From: Curvularia clavata
Taxonomy: Eukaryota
Reading direction: 5' to 3'
Length of the DNA stretch: 64,000 nt
Assembly (NCBI GenBank): GCA_023920165.1
Contig: CP089275.1
Location: forward strand, 2,170,001 to 2,234,000
Shown: piece after piece, positions 60,215 to 64,000 of the stretch
Position numbering within the stretch: the first letter of the stretch is position 1
Layout of the letters: every line of letters starts with the position of its first letter
Notes under the pieces: model-generated
Databases searched by the model: none
What the model was told of the DNA's origin: nothing
Seen by the model: only the letters and a program-made list of their open reading frames with translations
Made by a program: the position numbers and the translations under genes

Positions 60215-62891
60215 ATGCCGTCGAATTCGTCTGCTCGGCCTGGGCCCGACGCTGCGAATCCCCATCATGCCTCGTACGCGACAGCTGCAGCATCGGATCC
60301 CGTTTCACGTCCCGAGCAAGAGGGTACATCCACTTCTGCCCCACCCAAAAAGAAGAAGACTCATCGCGGCGGCAAGAAGAGGCGCAACCGTCGTCAGTCC
60401 TTTGCTGCGGGAGCCGATCTGCCACAGGCTGACTCGATGGACGAGCGTCCCACCCTCGCCAACGTCGCCAGCCATGGCCAGCCCCGGGGCAGCAGCAGCT
60501 TCTACCGCACCCACGGTAACCTCAGCAACACCAGCCTCGAGAGCGAGGCCCTCCTCGACCATCGTGAGCAGCCCACCATACGAACGCGCCGCCCCAGCGT
60601 CCCCATAACGTCCATGTACCCGCCGCCCCAGAGAGGCCAGTCCAGCACAAACTCTCAGCGTCTGCAAGTCACCAAGCCAGGAAACTCGCAAGGCCTGTCG
60701 CGCCTCTCGCATACCCCCGAGGAGCTGCGCGATAGCGACGCCGCCGAAGATGCCGACGACGACGATGCCAATGACAGAACCCCCTTGATGAGCTCTTCCC
60801 ACCGCGACATCCGCTCAGGCGCAAGCTATGGCTCAAACAGCGCCAACACACGTAGCAGGAGCGGCACGTCGCTGTCTGGTCACAAGCATACGGCTATGCC
60901 TGAACACCGGCCCGATCTCTTCACTCAACACCATTACTCTGCCACCAACCTCGACGACTACGATGTTAACAACCCTCCGTCGGTGCCCACCAGCCCGACC
61001 TTTGAGCCACACTCCGGCCTAGACGATGTCATGCTCCCGACAGACCTGGACCGCATGTCGGATCCTGGGAGACCCACCAGCAGGAATCGCGATACCTTGA
61101 TCAACATTGATGGAGAGGAACATGGAGGCTCGCCTCCTACCGCCGGCGACTTGAGGCGTCGCATGACCACTACGGCACTTGAAGATGTCTGCTTCCCACA
61201 CGAAGCCATGTCCGAGATTGGACACGAGGATTACATGAACGCTCCCACGACTGGTGAGCCTACGAGCCGTCGGAGGCGCCGTCGCTGGCCCGATCTCGAC
61301 GTACTCCAGGCCTGGGCAAACCAAGAGAAGGAGCAGCGGACCATGGAAGGCATGCGTATGCGCAAGGTGAGCGAACCGCTCATGGTTGAAGGTCGCCTGC
61401 GTCCCAAACGACGCGTTTGGCACCGCGAGGCGAGCGATGCGCCCTTTCGATTCACTTATTTCAACGAAACATTCGACAACACTATTCATAGTCAGAGCAT
61501 CAGCGAACTGTTACAACCCGGTCAAAATTTCAGGAATTTGTTTGTCCCAGACCCCCCAATCCTCGACGATACCAGCTCCAGTTCGGATACCGAGGATGAT
61601 ATGCTGCACTCGGGCACCAATGGATACATTTCGCGAGCAACGACACGATCGGCCTCGAAAGTAGACGGCAAGCAATCTTCTGGAGAACAGACACGCTCCA
61701 CCACACCGCGCCCAGCAGCAGATACCCCCAAGCCCGAGGAGGAGAAGCCGAAGCGTTATGGCCCGCGGCCTGCGTGGTGGTTGGACGTCATGTCACCTAC
61801 TGAGACTGAGATGAAGGTCATTTCCAAGACGTTTGGAATCCACCCATTGACATCAGAGGATATCATGATGCAGGAACAACGCGAGAAGGTTGAGCTCTTC
61901 AAGCACTACTACTTTATCAACTACCGGACGTTTGAGCAGGACGAGAACAGTGAAGACTACCTGGATCCCGTCAATCTGTACGTTGTGGTGTTTCGAGAAG
62001 GTGTAATAAGCTTCCACTTCTCTTTGACACCACACCCTGCCAACGTCCGTCGTCGGATTCGCCAACTCTCAGACTACCTGGTCCTGTCGCCTGATTGGAT
62101 TTCGTATGCCATAATCGACGATGTCACTGACGCGTATGCGCCTATGATTCAAAAGATTGAGGAAGAGGTCGACGATATTGATGAAGCCATTCTTCGTCTC
62201 CACTCGAGCGATGAGGAGCAGGAGGCAGAGAAGGAGAAGAGTCATAGTTACAACAACCCGCATTACAAGGAGCCACCTGAGGTCAAGTCACAACAAGACA
62301 CTGGCCGGGATATGCTGCGTCGGGTTGGCGAATGCCGAAAGAAGGTGATGAGTCTGTACCGTCTGTTGGGCAACAAGGCCGACGTCATCAAGGGCTTTGC
62401 CAAGAGATGCAACGAGCAGTGGGACATTGCACCTCGCAACGAAATTGGCATGTATCTGGGGGATATCCAAGATCACATTGTTACCATGACTGGTAACTTG
62501 AGTCACTATGAAAAGTGAGTTTGATTAATTTTGTGTGTTGGGGCAGGCAACTAACTAGGAACTAGTCTCCTCTCTCGAGCTCACAGCAACTACCTGGCGC
62601 AGATCAACATTAGGATGAATGAGCGCCAGGAGAAGACTTCTGACATTCTGGGGAAGCTGACCGTGCTCGGTACTATTGTGCTGCCAATGAATGTTGTGAC
62701 GGGTATCTGGGGCATGAACTGGTAAGTTGTGGAATCTATCCAAGGGCCAAGATGACATGCTTACGCGAACTAGCCTTGTACCCGGGCAAGATGTGCAAAA
62801 TCTTAACTGGTTCTGGTCGATTACCGGAGGGCTGATTACGTTTGGACTGCTTTGCTACTTTATCGCAAAGAGGGTATATGGTATCGTTTGA
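60215..62891 (+). CDS. CorA-family Mg2+ transporter (Alr1/Mnr2-like)
   Basis: WWLDV..FGIHPLTSEDI..REKVELF, YLGDIQDHI and LPMNVVTGIWGMN (GMN motif), followed by two C-terminal TM segments. Introns ~62514-62565 and ~62722-62773. Confidence 0.92.
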
Positions 62892-64000
62892 ACAGCATTA
62901 AGTAGGCAGGGAAAAGATAGTAATCAATCAATAGTTCTTATCTTTGCTTTATGGAAAGAAAGTATTATAATAAACCACTGTTTAGATTTGAAATAAAAAA
63001 AAAAGAGGTTATAGTATTGGTATTAGACTTGTCTGGCATTAATGTTACTTATAGTTCTAAGTTTCTGTTCTTCTCATATTCGACTTGATTTTATTCTTAT
63101 TTTTCACGAGTGGCTCACTTGCGGTGATTGGCCTATCAAAAGAGTGTGTCCAAAAAAAAATCTCTACAAAGAGATAGCAGCGGCAGGCCCAGGCTTTGTA
63201 AGAGATCATGTTCCAGCATGTGCAGGGTCACGATATGGCTCAGCCTGTTGAGTGGGGCCCTGGTTAGCCCACCCCACGTCTGTACATGCACAGCCTCTAG
63301 TACCATCGGACTTAAAAAAAAATAGTCGCCTGATGTCTCTTCAGCATGCTGCCTGGACCCTAGACAGAAGCAAAAACAGAGTTGATGCATGTAGCTAGCA
63401 GGGTGACGCTAGAAAGGTTGGGTAGCCTCACTCTTGGGCTACAGCCCAGCTGGGTTTTACGAGCGAAGAAACGGGCTCTTTCTTTCTCTTTGTCGTCACG
63501 TCCTTGGGTTACTTTGTTGCAGGCAACGGGGCTGGGGCATCGAGGCGCAGTACGGGGCCATGTGTGCGGCGGAGACATGGCGCAATGTCCGGTGAGGTCG
63601 TAAGTCGACAGGCAACCAGTTCGCATCTGCACACTGCCTCTGCCGGCGCCGTAGTGTACATGTGTATGCGCCGGCATTGTACGCTGCACGCCAGTCGGCG
63701 GGCCTGGCTGGATTCGAGACTCGTGCGCCTTCGTGCCCAAGCCGACGTCTGATTGCATGCATCTGTTGAGGCCTGGCGGACAGTCCGCATGACGTCAGCC
63801 CGGCGCGCCCTTCCACCATCTGGGCAGTCGAGAAGCCAACCTTGTCTTCTGACGCGGTCCGCTCTCCAGGCCACTTGACGTCTTCTGCCTTGCTCTCTCG
63901 TCCGCTCCCTCTCCCGCTCCCTCTTTTCCTCTCTTATTACCCCGTCTGCCTCTGCTGCCCGCCAAACGTGCCAGCATCGCACACTCCCCATAGTTTGCCA

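Noticed and set aside
63360..64000. Minus-strand Arg/Glu-rich ORF 63509-63991
   Set aside because: Shadow of a CT-rich tract, probably the promoter or 5' UTR of a gene beyond the window.
1..64000. CRISPR arrays, rRNA/tRNA genes, prokaryotic defence systems
   Set aside because: None seen; the window is intron-containing fungal chromosomal DNA.

Overview
Gene-dense eukaryotic DNA from a filamentous ascomycete. Short GT-AG introns with CTRAC-type branch points and RIP-like mutation point to Pezizomycotina, probably Dothideomycetes/Pleosporales (inference). About 23 host protein-coding genes can be supported: two divergent Zn2Cys6 factors, SMC3, an ATF-type bZIP, SQT1, a secreted metallophosphoesterase, a PTS1-bearing acyl-CoA ligase facing a 3-hydroxyacyl-CoA dehydrogenase-family gene, sterol O-acyltransferase, EMP70/TM9SF, NCS-1/FRQ1, MED4, POL5, UBP14, ISU1, an HCA59/C9orf78 protein, a lysophospholipid acyltransferase, an MFS permease, a CorA transporter and several hypotheticals. 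Two defective Fot1/pogo (DD35D) DNA transposons sit in the gene-poor 14.1-22.1 kb interval. The most striking observation is in the Fe-S scaffold gene ISU1. Its first intron restores the expected YHEKVLDHY sequence only if spliced as a non-canonical AT-AC intron with U2-type signals (ATAAGT...GCTAAC...CAC). Its promoter also carries an exact SreA-type ATCTGATAA site. All calls come from reading the sequence and recognising motifs; no database searches were run.
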